NCBI GenBank assembly: GCA_040285855.1 | Contig: JAUFOQ010000013.1 | Coordinates: 1,116,001-1,180,000, forward strand | DNA length: 64,000 nt | Source of the DNA: Eukaryota sp. GEM-RC1 | Taxonomy: Eukaryota | Reading direction: 5' to 3' | Shown here: positions 1-10,261 of the stretch, one piece after another | Layout of the letters: each line of letters starts with the position of its first letter | Numbering within the stretch: the stretch's first letter is position 1 | The notes under the pieces: generated by a model | The model's input: the letters and a program-made list of their open reading frames with translations, nothing else | Databases searched by the model: none | Told to the model about the DNA's origin: nothing | Made by a program: the position numbers and the translations under genes

Positions 1-1512
1 GGTTCATCACTCGCATCTTCAATATTTTCTAATTTAATAGGAGGAGTAGCAGCATGGATAGACTCTGAATGTACATCTGTTTCTTCTTCAGTTGACTCAT
101 CTGTATCAGAATTCATTTCTTCCTTAACAGTTACATTTGGAACAGTAGCAGGCAGTAACTTCTGAATGTAACCTAAAATACCAGAATGTTGAAAATTATG
201 AACAAAAAAATGTTTTAAAAAGAGAGTACTACGGACTCGTACTTGATGAGCTCTCTTAACACGAGATTCAATAAATTTAACCTTCACTTTGGATACAACA
301 TTGTCTAGTCGTTTCTTAACCACTTTCATTGGTGACTTTGAACGTAATGTGAATATGAAGTGCGTCCAAAACTTCATCGTCATAACAGAGAATAGGATGA
401 TTTTCACTACGTTGGCATTCAGCGACAATACTTTCATAATGTTTGGCAATAATAAAATTCTCAATTTTCCACAGTGAAGGCCAACAACCGGGTGAGCACA
501 ATTCCTTCTGAATTCGATCGAGAAAAGAGCGTCGTGAACTATTATCTGGCTCAGTGATGACATCTGGAGCAGGATCTGTCAAATGTTCAAAATCATTATC
601 AATCATTAGATGTTGTAAACATGAACAAACAACCAACCCGTCGAGTTTACCTGACCTAACAAATGGATGTGAATATGTATCATGCCAAACACGACAACAA
701 CGGTGCCTCCTGATGTTGTGGTACTTCATCTTTTTGTCTTAGATCTTTTAATCTGTTTTCGTAGTGGCTCTTTTCGTATTCGTAGTGGCTGAGTATCATG
801 TGATAAGGAGGACGAAGCTCTGATTATCTTTGCATCGATCATAGTTGGTCGGGTAGAGGAACCTCGTACAGAACGAGGAGGTCCCGGATTGAGTTCAATA
901 TCACCATCAACGGAAAGATCACGTATCCACGATGTATTTCCTTCTGTAGAGAGAACACAACACCCCATGTTACAAGACTTCATCTCATCGTCATCATCAA
1001 CTGACCAAGCAGGGGAGAGCGAAATCAGACGACAAGAGGAAGACGTTGTGTCCATTGAAGTGACAGAGCAAGCGGCGGTAAGATACCCGGAAGAAGAGAA
1101 GGGAAATGAGCAGAGAGACGCTGAGAAGCAAACAACACCCCATGTTACAAGACTTCATCTCATCGTCATCATCAACTGACCAAGCAGGGGAAAGCGAAAT
1201 CAGACGACAAGAAGAGATTGTGTCCATGGAGGTGTCAGAGCAAGCGGCGGTAAGATACCCGGGAGAAGAGAAGGGAAAGGAGTAGAGAGAAGAGCAGGGA
1301 AAGGAGCAGAGAGAAGCGGAAAGCAAACAACACCCCATGTTACAAGACTTCATCTCATCGTCATCATCAACTGACCAAGCAGGGGAAAGCGAAATCAGAC
1401 GACAAGAGGAAGACATTGTGTGTGAGGTGGTTGAAGTAGAGGAACACATTCTTACAGACAAATGTAATTTGTACTTTGAACAATCTAGACTATCTATAGA
1501 TAGACATGACAT
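1..1512 (-). CDS. Frameshift-interrupted ORFan gene containing an internal 2A/StopGo-like motif; runs off the window start
   Basis: ORFs 997-1512, 726-1055 and 316-729 overlap end to end on the minus strand. The 729/726 junction sits in an A5 run (ACAAAAAGATGAAG). Open frames continue to position 1 (…QKLLPATVPNVTVKEEMNSDTDESTEEETD…). True start uncertain. Confidence 0.5.
879..929 (-). other. 2A-like (StopGo ribosomal skipping) peptide WIRDLSVDGDIELNPGP
   Basis: Exact match to the consensus (G)D[VI]ExNPGP in ORF 726-1055. Confidence 0.75.
957..1420. repeat. Three direct copies of an ~85-90 bp unit (spacing 175 and 195 bp)
   Basis: caccccatgttacaagacttcatctcatcgtcatcatcaactgaccaagcaggg… begins at 961, 1136 and 1331. 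It encodes SSCRLISLSPAWSVDDDDEMKSCNMGCC on the minus strand. Confidence 0.95.
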
Positions 1513-1709
1513 GGACGTGAATGGATTTAGATAATCTTATCCAACTACATCGTTGTACATTTGCATGCAAATCAGTGATATCTCTCCCCTTTCTATCTAT
1601 TGAATTAAAAGATCAAGCTGAATATTGTTAACTGGACACTGTATCTTCACTTACTGTAAGATTATGTGTGATATGTTAATAAATGAAGCACTGTATTTAT
1701 TATCATTTA

Positions 1710-3584
1710 TTACAAAGAAGAATGCTGATAATATAAAACATAACCAGTCGATGAAATGTCAGTTAACGCTGTACGTTCATCTACAATTTGCTTTGATACA
1801 TTATTGGTATCATGCAAGAACCAAGAACCATCTACTACCTTTGTATATGTTACACAATGACTGTTAGTTTGAAAACCGTGACAGCAAATGGCAGAGAACA
1901 GTTTGTAAGTGTATAACGGATCATTTGTTCGAGTTACCACACTGTGGTGTCTTTGAAAGGATTTTCGTTCCCAATCACGACCTGTACCAAAAGACTTACT
2001 TCCACATAGTCTTTCGCTTTCATTTGAAATATCAAACACAGAACACTCTTCTGGTTTAGGACGATGAGATAAAGAAAAAATGTCATCACAATGCAGTCGA
2101 GAATTGATGTCAGTAAATGGTGAAATCTCAATTATTTCTTTCTTCAGCTGGACTTCAGGTGATAGTAATTGATATACAGATATTTCTAAAGAAATATCAA
2201 CTGGTTGCTGAGGACCGGTTAGTCTAATGATAAGTACTTTAGGCAGAGACGCTAGCGTTCCAGTAATTTCTGATTTTGGGTCTGAACAGTAAGGATTAGA
2301 ACATTCAACATATTTTCGGACAGGTAAATGTGAATCTAATAATAACTGGAGACTGTATGGACTGAAGCGGCTGGATTCTTCGGAGGGGTTAATTTCTAAC
2401 ACAAACTTAGTTTTAAATGAGGTATTCTCATTACACCACGAACACCTTGAATCCGTTCTAATACAAAAACAAAAGGCATTGATAACACTGGAATGTTTCA
2501 ATTTATGATCCATCAGGTATTGGTCTAAATCATGTTTTAACACAGTTCTATGATCCTGAAGGGATGATTTGGGACCTGGTTGGGCGGCTTTTGGATACAC
2601 TATGGCTTCTCGACTACAGTCATAAAAACAAAACTCTGGTAAATTAGGAACAGTTTGTTCTGGATCAGATTGTGGATGAAAACGATTACGAAAACTTTCA
2701 AGTTCGTCAGTTGAATATGATTCCAACAGCGACTGGAATTCCTGATTGAGAGATTTTAATAGTTTGGAAAAAAAATTGAATGGATCCTGTTGTCCAGACG
2801 CAAAAGTAGGATAAAGACTTGCGATATGGGAGTGTATTTCATTAGACTTTTTGCTAAAAAAACAGTGTATCAGAGGAGTTTGGCTTTGGTGGATTTTTTG
2901 AGCTACTAAATGTTCGATATCAAGCATAAAGAAATGTTGAAATTTATCACCGAGAAATTCGAGAACGGAATTGACGTAACAGTTATCAGTCGTAACAGAA
3001 GTACGAATCGAAAGAGCTTGGTTGACAGATTTGGTTAGAGCAGAAAGAGATGAATGAGACACTGTTGAACGAGAGCATGGGAATGAGATTTGTCTGTTAT
3101 TAATGATCGTTATGAGTTTTTGAACGATAGAAGCATCTCGGAGAGGAGTGACTTGACGAAGACTTGACGAAGGAGTTGAGCTCAGACTGAAGCTTTTCTG
3201 TTCCACGTCAGCGGACACAAGTGCAACATTAACACAGTGTTGGATATGTCCGTCATACACTACAATCATGAAAATATCAACACTGTCTTCTACGAGGGCT
3301 GTTTGTATAGTGGGTTTACCCTTCAACTTGTCATTCAAACCAACTGACCGAGCAGTGGAAAGCGAGTGAGAATGATTAGAAGAAAGATGACCTTCACTAT
3401 CTTCTACGAGGAGTATATCAACATTGGCTGTTTGTATAGTGGGTTTACCCTTCAACTTGTCATTCAATCCAACTGACCGAGCAGTGGAAAGCGAGTGAGA
3501 ATGATTAGAAGAAAGATGACCTTCAAACATTAGTTGCATGGGTTGCTCCGAAAAACGTTGGATGACGCGGAATGATGTTGACAT
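1710..3584 (-). CDS. Ubiquitin-specific protease (peptidase C19/USP)-like deubiquitinase, 624 aa
   Basis: Cys box DNCYVNSVLEFL, QQDPFNFF, zinc-ribbon CSWC / CSNPYC, LPKVLIIRL, His box YKLFSAICCHG…SHCVTYTK…WFLHD. Confidence 0.85.
   Translation of the reverse strand: MSTSFRVIQRFSEQPMQLMFEGHLSSNHSHSLSTARSVGLNDKLKGKPTIQTANVDILLVEDSEGHLSSNHSHSLSTARSVGLNDKLKGKPTIQTALVEDSVDIFMIVVYDGHIQHCVNVALVSADVEQKSFSLSSTPSSSLRQVTPLRDASIVQKLITIINNRQISFPCSRSTVSHSSLSALTKSVNQALSIRTSVTTDNCYVNSVLEFLGDKFQHFFMLDIEHLVAQKIHQSQTPLIHCFFSKKSNEIHSHIASLYPTFASGQQDPFNFFSKLLKSLNQEFQSLLESYSTDELESFRNRFHPQSDPEQTVPNLPEFCFYDCSREAIVYPKAAQPGPKSSLQDHRTVLKHDLDQYLMDHKLKHSSVINAFCFCIRTDSRCSWCNENTSFKTKFVLEINPSEESSRFSPYSLQLLLDSHLPVRKYVECSNPYCSDPKSEITGTLASLPKVLIIRLTGPQQPVDISLEISVYQLLSPEVQLKKEIIEISPFTDINSRLHCDDIFSLSHRPKPEECSVFDISNESERLCGSKSFGTGRDWERKSFQRHHSVVTRTNDPLYTYKLFSAICCHGFQTNSHCVTYTKVVDGSWFLHDTNNVSKQIVDERTALTDISSTGYVLYYQHSSL
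3298..3525. repeat. In-frame tandem duplication (period 129 bp) in the USP N-terminus
   Basis: EGHLSSNHSHSLSTARSVGLNDKLKGKPTIQTA occurs twice with near-identical DNA. Confidence 0.95.
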
Positions 3585-3629
3585 GGGATTGGAAAAATGA
3601 GGATGAAAATTACAGCTAGAGGCAGCTAG

Positions 3630-3731
3630 TGATACCTGTAAAGGTAGACATGCAAGGGGAAAGGATAATATAATTTATAAATGGCAACACCATACTTCAA
3701 CACTGCCACATCATAACACCTGTGGCCAACA
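3630..3731 (-). repeat. 3' LTR (102 bp)
   Basis: tgatacctgtaaagg…tgtggccaaca, identical to 10269-10370. Confidence 0.97.
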
Positions 3732-3750
3732 CTACCTCTTCTCTCTTTTC
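3732..3750 (-). other. Polypurine tract
   Basis: GAAAAGAGAGAAGAGGTAG on the minus strand directly abuts the 3' LTR. It is also the last integrase codons (KREKR*). Confidence 0.85.
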
Positions 3751-5642
3751 GAGTTCCTTGTTCTCTTGGCTACAGGTGACTTAGCTTTCTGAGATTGCTC
3801 GCTGGATACTCTTTTCTTCTTAGGCCTGTGGACAGTGGAGTCATTACAACTATTACTATTTAATTTAATAAACTCTGAGTATGCTTTCGTATTCGTGATG
3901 TCTTTTAGGGGAACTGCTGAGTGTTCGCCACCAAACCAGACTACTGTGCAATACTCGCCTTCAGGGGTATCATATCGATCAAGGACTTTGACCAAGATAT
4001 GTTCTTCAGTATCACCCGAAGCAACAGCCTTGTGAAGCTCATCATCATTGGGTAAATCTGTCTGATAGATCTTGCATTGATGGATGCTTGCTTTACCAAC
4101 GTGACCAGTGATCAAATTCTTGATAGACATGGAAGTATTGGAATCAATTGACATTACTAAGAATGGTCCACAATAACTACCATGTAGCTTGGATGACTTA
4201 GTTGCCTTGAGCACAAGGTCCCCTGCCTTAAAGGGATTAGGTTGAGATTTCTTAGAAGGAGCCTTACTCGATTGTCGAGCCCCTGCCTTTTCTCTCTTTT
4301 CTTTAAGGCGTTTCAGTTTCAGAGCCATGTCGTCGATGAACGAAATTTCCGAAGTGGAACATTCGATCGCTTTTAACATAGTACCGGGGTCTGCACCTGG
4401 GCTTATGTCGCTACCAAACATCAACTCGTAGGGGGAATGTCCCGTTACACTACTCTTAGTTGAATTGATTTGGAGCTGAACCGAAGGAATGTATGTTGAC
4501 CAATTGTCGTAATCATTGAAATCTACAAGAAGACGGCGTAGACTTTGCAGCACGTCTCTATGTCGTCGTTCCACCAGACCATTACTCTGAGAGAAATGAG
4601 GAATCGATCGACTGACTTCAATGGCCAGTAGGTTGCAAACTGCCTCGAATGTAGCGTTAGCAAACTCCTTGCCGTTATCACTATGGATACAGAACGGTAT
4701 ACCAAAAATAGCTATTACATCCCAAACCAGGCGATATGCTACTTCAGTGCTATTCAGATCCTCGAGGGGGCTTAAAATGGTGTATCTGCTGAACGAGTCA
4801 ACAAATACCAGTAGAAACTGGTTTCCATTTTGATCCTTTGGCAGAGGTCCTATTGTGTCGACGTTAAGTCTTGCAAAAGGTCGATTAGCCCAGAGAGAAC
4901 CCGTCGGCTCAATTGCCAGTTTACGGACAGGTGCCGTTTTCTGACAGGATGGACATCGATTCACGTGGTTGATCATGTCAACCTTCATGCTAGGCCAAAA
5001 GTAGCCACTATTGAACAGCTTTTCCAAACTATTTTTCAAGTTAGGGTGACCAGACTGGACGAGTCCGTGGAGCATGTAGAGGACTTTCTTACGTAAGCTC
5101 GACGGTATCAGTATCTTATTCTTGCTGTTAACGTAAGTCTTGCTCTTAGGACAAAGGTTAGCTTTTGTGAATAAAGTGTCTTTTGCTTTTATTGCCGTTA
5201 GCTGCTCAGCTCTGATGGTTGATAGCCATGAGTTGAACAGGGGCAACTTGCCATCTGTTGAAAGTTCACGGAGGTTGCTAATTACATAAACTGAGTTGTC
5301 ATGTGGTTGAGACTCGATGTAGTTGGCTTCATCATATCTCAAATCATTACGATTGAGTGTGATGTGATCCTCGGTGTGGCGTTCAATCAGATTTACTGAT
5401 TTGATTGTTTCCACTGGATTGCGGTCAATAACGCGAGAGAGCATGTCAGCCCAGTGGTTGTCTTCTCCTGCAACGTGTTCAATCTCAAAACTAAACTCGG
5501 ATAAGATGGGGATCCAACGTTTTACGATCCTATTCTTTTCTGGGGCGGATATGAGAAAGGAAAGGTTCCTGTGATCAGTGAAGATCACCAAGTGTCTACT
5601 TATGAGGAAGCTTTCTAGGTTTGATTCAGTCAGAATCAACAA
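3732..5642 (-). CDS. pol: Pol C-terminal part: RNase H end, integrase (HHCC, DDE, GPF) and chromodomain-like tail
   Basis: FTDHRNL…NHWADMLSR; HGLVQSGH…CPSC; LNVDTIGP, HSDNG, VERRH; YCGPFLV. The frame extends upstream to ~5760 (PVSFYSRRLNDSQQNWSAIQKELYAI). Confidence 0.95.
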   Translation of the reverse strand: MLILTESNLESFLISRHLVIFTDHRNLSFLISAPEKNRIVKRWIPILSEFSFEIEHVAGEDNHWADMLSRVIDRNPVETIKSVNLIERHTEDHITLNRNDLRYDEANYIESQPHDNSVYVISNLRELSTDGKLPLFNSWLSTIRAEQLTAIKAKDTLFTKANLCPKSKTYVNSKNKILIPSSLRKKVLYMLHGLVQSGHPNLKNSLEKLFNSGYFWPSMKVDMINHVNRCPSCQKTAPVRKLAIEPTGSLWANRPFARLNVDTIGPLPKDQNGNQFLLVFVDSFSRYTILSPLEDLNSTEVAYRLVWDVIAIFGIPFCIHSDNGKEFANATFEAVCNLLAIEVSRSIPHFSQSNGLVERRHRDVLQSLRRLLVDFNDYDNWSTYIPSVQLQINSTKSSVTGHSPYELMFGSDISPGADPGTMLKAIECSTSEISFIDDMALKLKRLKEKREKAGARQSSKAPSKKSQPNPFKAGDLVLKATKSSKLHGSYCGPFLVMSIDSNTSMSIKNLITGHVGKASIHQCKIYQTDLPNDDELHKAVASGDTEEHILVKVLDRYDTPEGEYCTVVWFGGEHSAVPLKDITNTKAYSEFIKLNSNSCNDSTVHRPKKKRVSSEQSQKAKSPVAKRTRNSKREKR

Positions 5643-5737
5643 GATTGCGTACAGCTCTTTCTGGATAGCTGACCAATTTTGCTGACTGTCGTTAAGGCGT
5701 CGGCTATAGAAGGATACCGGTTTTACCTTGCGATCCT

Positions 5738-7105
5738 TCAGTGGAGTGCCGGGTGGAGCTGGGGGTTTTCTTCCTGCCAGATGACTCCTCCTACGGCGAT
5801 GTCCGATGCGTCTGTCGATATGATAATGTTCTTATCTTCGTCAGGTAAGTCTAGAGCCATGTTATTGATTATCAACCGTTTTATTTCGCTTAATAAGTTT
5901 TCATGTTCGTCTGTCCAGTAAATCTTCTTTGGTTTGTCTCTGGTTAGTTTAATAATCGGTGACATCAGGTCCGAGAAATTCGGAATCCAATCACGGATGT
6001 AATTCAACGCGCCAATGAGACTTCGAACCTCAGGAAGTGTCTTGGGGGACGGTAGACTCTTTAAAGCCGAGACCCTACTCTCGTCAATGTGACGGGTTTT
6101 GTTCACAAAGTCGCTGCCTAGAATCTTTATTTTATGACTTGAAGTCGTGAAATGACACTTCTTTAAGCCAAACCGTACTCGGTAGCGTCTGGCGCGTTCA
6201 AGTACGTTTGCGATTCTTGAAAGAAACTCTTCGAAGGTGTTGCCAATGACAATTATATCGTCGATATAAATGAACACACCTTCACAACTGAAGATTTCCA
6301 TCATGATGTTTTGGAAGATTGCAGGTACATTCTTTAAACCAAAACATGCTCGTTTGAAGCTAATTGACATACCTGGAATAGACAGAGTGGTCTTATCGAC
6401 GTCCTCGTCAGCTACTTTTAGCTGCCAGAAGGCTTTTGGGAGGTCGAGTGTTCCTATGAAATTTGCTTTCGATAGGAACTCCAGGGTATCGCAAATCCTT
6501 GGAAGGTTCGGCTTCACAGGTTTGGTATTAGCATTGATCCCATCAAGTCCACTGAAATCTCCAGTTAAACGAGGCTTGCGGTGGTCATTGTAGACGACCA
6601 AGACTATGGGACTGCTGAACTTTCCGTTTGATGGTACGGCCCATCCTTTACGTATTAATTCATTAAAAATCTCCTCGGCTACCCGTTGTTTTGTGGGATT
6701 TAGCTTCCGGGGAGGACGAAAGACAGTGACGTTTTCGTCATAGAAGGGGATTGACATCGGAGAGCAGTCTATGCCATCGGGGTCAATGTCTTCTGAAAAA
6801 ACGTCTGCGTACTCACTTAGTGTTTTCAGCAATGTCTCTCTTCGAGTGGTGTCGTCAAGACGAATGATACAGCCAGAATCATCTATGAATCGTTCAAAAT
6901 CGGAACCTGAGTTTGGATTTGATTGAGAGTCGCCGTTCACATCGTTAGAAACATTCAAAATTGATTGATTCCCGATGGAATTTGGAGGAGTTATCATCCT
7001 TGCGTCAAATTCACTCTCTGCGTTCAGGATAGTGCGGTGCTCTTTGTCTAGTTGAATGACTAAACCATCATCCGTCAGGGAGTCCAAGTTCGTTAAGCAG
7101 GTCAC
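5738..7105 (-). CDS. pol: Pol middle part: reverse transcriptase and RNase H start
   Basis: FSSPIVLV, LDLPKAFWQL, FGLKNVPAIFQ, YIDDIIV, STDASDIAVGGV. Confidence 0.95.
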   Translation of the reverse strand: MTCLTNLDSLTDDGLVIQLDKEHRTILNAESEFDARMITPPNSIGNQSILNVSNDVNGDSQSNPNSGSDFERFIDDSGCIIRLDDTTRRETLLKTLSEYADVFSEDIDPDGIDCSPMSIPFYDENVTVFRPPRKLNPTKQRVAEEIFNELIRKGWAVPSNGKFSSPIVLVVYNDHRKPRLTGDFSGLDGINANTKPVKPNLPRICDTLEFLSKANFIGTLDLPKAFWQLKVADEDVDKTTLSIPGMSISFKRACFGLKNVPAIFQNIMMEIFSCEGVFIYIDDIIVIGNTFEEFLSRIANVLERARRYRVRFGLKKCHFTTSSHKIKILGSDFVNKTRHIDESRVSALKSLPSPKTLPEVRSLIGALNYIRDWIPNFSDLMSPIIKLTRDKPKKIYWTDEHENLLSEIKRLIINNMALDLPDEDKNIIISTDASDIAVGGVIWQEENPQLHPALH

Positions 7106-7283
7106 GTCCTATTAAAAATATTCCGGTACCAGGAATTATAGGAAGACAGTGCTTCATGTGAACGTTGTTGGCCAGACTCCCGACGTTGAACGTCAGTGTA
7201 CCAATTGCACTCCCCAGGGATGTTGCACGAATATTATTCGCTGAAAGGTAATCGATGCTGTCATCGATCATATCCATTCTCAC
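7068..7283 (-). CDS. C-terminal half of the aspartic protease (frameshift-separated piece)
   Basis: FLIGRDLLNELG retropepsin C-terminal motif. It bridges the gag-PR and RT ORFs by single-base shifts. Confidence 0.8.
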   Translation of the reverse strand: MRMDMIDDSIDYLSANNIRATSLGSAIGTLTFNVGSLANNVHMKHCLPIIPGTGIFLIGRDLLNELGLPDG

Positions 7284-8997
7284 AGAGACGGGCTAAATCT
7301 TGTGTAATGACAGAGCATGTTGCAGCTGTGTCAAATTCGCCGGTTACTGGCACATTGTTGATCAACAGTCGAAAAGATAGGGACCCTTTTCCACTATCAT
7401 CGACCCCTAGGTTCTGTAAGCTGTTTATTTTGTTACCACTACCCAGTGAGTCTAAGGACGCTATGGGGTTTGAATATTCTAGAGGGGTGTTGTCGATTTT
7501 GTTAAGTTGAAAAATGTAGTTACTATCTTTATTTGATTTTTTTGAACTTCTATCGTCACCAGCTCTACGTTTGTGTTGTCGTTGGGGTTGCTCTGCTTTC
7601 TTTGAGCGGCAGTCTTTGGCAAGATGACCCTTCTTGTTACAATTGTAACAAACGACTTCGTCTCTGGGACCTCTTCTTTGGTCCTGAGATTGATCTCTTT
7701 TCTTGGAGCCTCTGTGTTGTCGTCTTTCGGCGGGCTTTTCAGTTGGGCGAGACGTGCTAACAGTAGCGGAAGAGCGTTTCCAATCAATGTACGCGGCCTT
7801 GAGTTCATTAATGAACTGAGGCAATTCGTACTGATTGTCTCTAGAAGTGAGACGATCAACCCAATGAATTTTCAGATCCGTTAATAGGGATGATTCACCT
7901 TGGGGATCTAACTTCTTTAACATGACGTCGGCAATTAGGTTTGCGGGGACATGTTTGCGTTCGTGTTGGTGGACTGTGGGAACAGCAGTTGACCGTTGAA
8001 TGATTGTAATCACACCTTTCAAATAGGCATTGATTGCTTGAGTGGGCTCTTGGCTAAGAGTGCACTGAACTCTCTTGAGGGCCTGGATAGCCGTCGAAGA
8101 GGATGGAAATTGAGTCAGTAGAAGGATGTATAACCAAAGTTTCTCATCACTCGTACCTTCCATCTCCAATTCATTCAGCATTCTCCAGGAGTAAACCAGT
8201 TCTGTGCTAATAAACTTAGAACATTCAGATGGGTCTACTTCCTTGAGAGAAGTGCGTACTAGGTCGAAGCCATGTACAGGTTCACCTAACTCAGTAGAAT
8301 AGGGGCCATCACCTTGACCGCGAATTTCTTTTGACCAGTACGTGAAATCTAAGATAAAATTTAAAATTTTCTTCGGGTCCTCACTGTCTAGAGTTTTTGG
8401 ACGGAATTTGTTTTTAGATTTTAAAGTCGATTTAGACGTTTTGGGGTGACCACGACCAGAGATAGCAGAGGAGGTCAGATGAGATGTTCCTTGGTCTTCT
8501 TCGGAGGAGCTTGGTTCCTCGGGTTCAGATGGGGATGGCTCTCGACGACTCTCTTCTCGGCGTTTCCATTCTTCTTGTTGGCGTTCGAATTCTTTTCGTG
8601 CTGAAGCAGGACTAGGACTATACACTGGAGGTCTGTATCCGGGTGGTGTCGGTGATAGTGACGGTGAACGTAGAACAGTAGTTCTTTTCTTTTGTTTCAC
8701 TCTTGGAGTTTTCTCCAGTTGACTTGTTGTCAAGGGATCTCTCGAAGAAGCACTACTTTCCTGACGAGTGGGTTCGTCGAATTCGGACTTCTCGATTTCC
8801 TCAGTTGTACCCAAGGTTCGGTCCAGAATTTTGTAAACGATCACTGTTTCAGGGCGTTTGCTTTGACCTGGATATTCTTCTTGAGACGGAAGTTTCGTTG
8901 AATCAAGAAGTTCGCGGTCATCATGCAGGGCAGCATGGATTTGCCGTTCCCTTTTATTAGAACCCTCAGTAGGATCGATCAATTGGTCACCTCTCAT
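7261..8997 (-). CDS. gag: Gag with CCHC zinc knuckle fused to the protease N-terminus
   Basis: CYNCNKKGHLAKDC followed by GEFDTAATCSVI (D-T-A variant of the retropepsin D-T/S-G motif). Confidence 0.92.
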   Translation of the reverse strand: MRGDQLIDPTEGSNKRERQIHAALHDDRELLDSTKLPSQEEYPGQSKRPETVIVYKILDRTLGTTEEIEKSEFDEPTRQESSASSRDPLTTSQLEKTPRVKQKKRTTVLRSPSLSPTPPGYRPPVYSPSPASARKEFERQQEEWKRREESRREPSPSEPEEPSSSEEDQGTSHLTSSAISGRGHPKTSKSTLKSKNKFRPKTLDSEDPKKILNFILDFTYWSKEIRGQGDGPYSTELGEPVHGFDLVRTSLKEVDPSECSKFISTELVYSWRMLNELEMEGTSDEKLWLYILLLTQFPSSSTAIQALKRVQCTLSQEPTQAINAYLKGVITIIQRSTAVPTVHQHERKHVPANLIADVMLKKLDPQGESSLLTDLKIHWVDRLTSRDNQYELPQFINELKAAYIDWKRSSATVSTSRPTEKPAERRQHRGSKKRDQSQDQRRGPRDEVVCYNCNKKGHLAKDCRSKKAEQPQRQHKRRAGDDRSSKKSNKDSNYIFQLNKIDNTPLEYSNPIASLDSLGSGNKINSLQNLGVDDSGKGSLSFRLLINNVPVTGEFDTAATCSVITQDLARLCENGYDR

Positions 8998-10218
8998 TCC
9001 GAAAGGGACGATTGTTCCATATCTAGTGGGGGCATAATACTATAAACTTGCTCCGACGATTTGCCAGGAGGTAAGTTGTCGTATACGGGGGTTTCGGGAA
9101 GCCACGCTGTGCTTATTGCAACATCTCTGCATGCAGCTTTCTTAGTGGACAAGCTGTATTGGTACCATGCTGGGTACTCATATACCAAACTCTGTCCGGA
9201 TGGATGAACCGTTTCCATCAGTGGTTCGACTGAGATTCCATGAGCTGGATCCCAGGATTCACTAACGGGAAATCTATATGTGTCCCCGCGACGTGGGTCA
9301 AACTTACCTGCAAGGTAACGAGTGATTACTTCTGGGGGAGTCATAGGAGGTACATTTCTGATTAGGAAGTGCTTGGCTTCCTTCAATCTTTGACGAAGGA
9401 GCACATTGAAGGGATCGAACTTGGCCATTTGCCACAGTTGGCGATCGTCAATTCCAATGAGCGAGTCCTGGCTACTGGCGAACGGAATGAGCTCATTCGG
9501 TATCGCTGCTCTGTGCCAATTTTGCGGGTTTCGAGATGACTCGGGGAACTGGCGTTGGACTAGCTTTGCCTTCTCTGCATTGTTATATCTCCTGCGCTCC
9601 TCGTCGGTCATATGTTTATGGGACTGAATAGCCCAACCATGAGTAGGTTTGGCATATAACAACGTGTTGACCTTGTCGGCTGCAGCTTTTAGTTCTTTCT
9701 GCGTTGCTTCGAGACGTAGTTTATGGAACTCACGTTCTTCCTCCCGTGACAAATCTTCAATTTGAACGACGTCAGGGGGATACGACAGAGGAACCAGCCA
9801 GAGGACCGTGAGAGGTTGTCTGGTTTGCAGCGACATCCAAAAGCACCTTGAGGGGTTGTTTGGGAGTTGATTCGTCCAAAGCACCTTGAGGGGTTGTTTG
9901 GGAAATATAACCATCCAGAGGACCTTGAGAGGTTGTCTGGGAATCATCCAGAGGACCTTGAGAGGTTGTCTGGGAATCTTCCAGAGGACTTTGACCAGTT
10001 GTCTGGGGAACATCCAGAGGACCTTGAGAGGTTGTCTGGGAATCATCCAGAGGACCAGGATTGGTTGTCTGGGAATCTTTCAATGGAGCTTCATCTCCTC
10101 TGGAACCAGGTGGGGAACCAGAAGGACTTCGAATGCGAGGACCAAACATGGTTGTCGCTTCTCCTTCATCTCGAGGGCTTCTAGAAGCTGTCGAGGGATC
10201 TTCAGTTCGAGGACTCAT
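8994..10218 (-). CDS. Extra upstream ORF (ORF0), or a long Gag N-terminal extension, with 11-aa repeats
   Basis: ORF 9772-10332 (MSPRTEDP…DSQTTSQGPL repeats) joins ORF 8994-10046 (…PDVVQIEDLSREEE…) if one G is removed from the G5 run near 9775. Its stop overlaps the gag ATG (ATGA). Confidence 0.65.
9797..10078. repeat. 33-bp tandem repeat, ~8 copies (5 well conserved)
   Basis: Unit ccagaggaccttgagaggttgtctgggaatcat. Confidence 0.9.
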
Positions 10219-10246
10219 ACGAGCTGTCGAATCTTCGTCGCTTCTA

Positions 10247-10261
10247 CCACGAGAAGGACCA
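10247..10261 (-). other. Candidate primer-binding site (tRNA-Tyr-like)
   Basis: TGGTCCTTCTCGTGG lies 7 nt inside the 5' LTR. TGG pairs with the tRNA CCA, and TGGTCCTTC resembles the complement of eukaryotic tRNA-Tyr 3' ends. Confidence 0.45.

Noticed and set aside
5738..7290. Programmed ribosomal frameshifts in the retrotransposon
   Set aside because: The breaks fall inside the protease, just after it and inside RNase H, not at a gag/pol boundary. They sit in short homopolymers like the other indels in the window.
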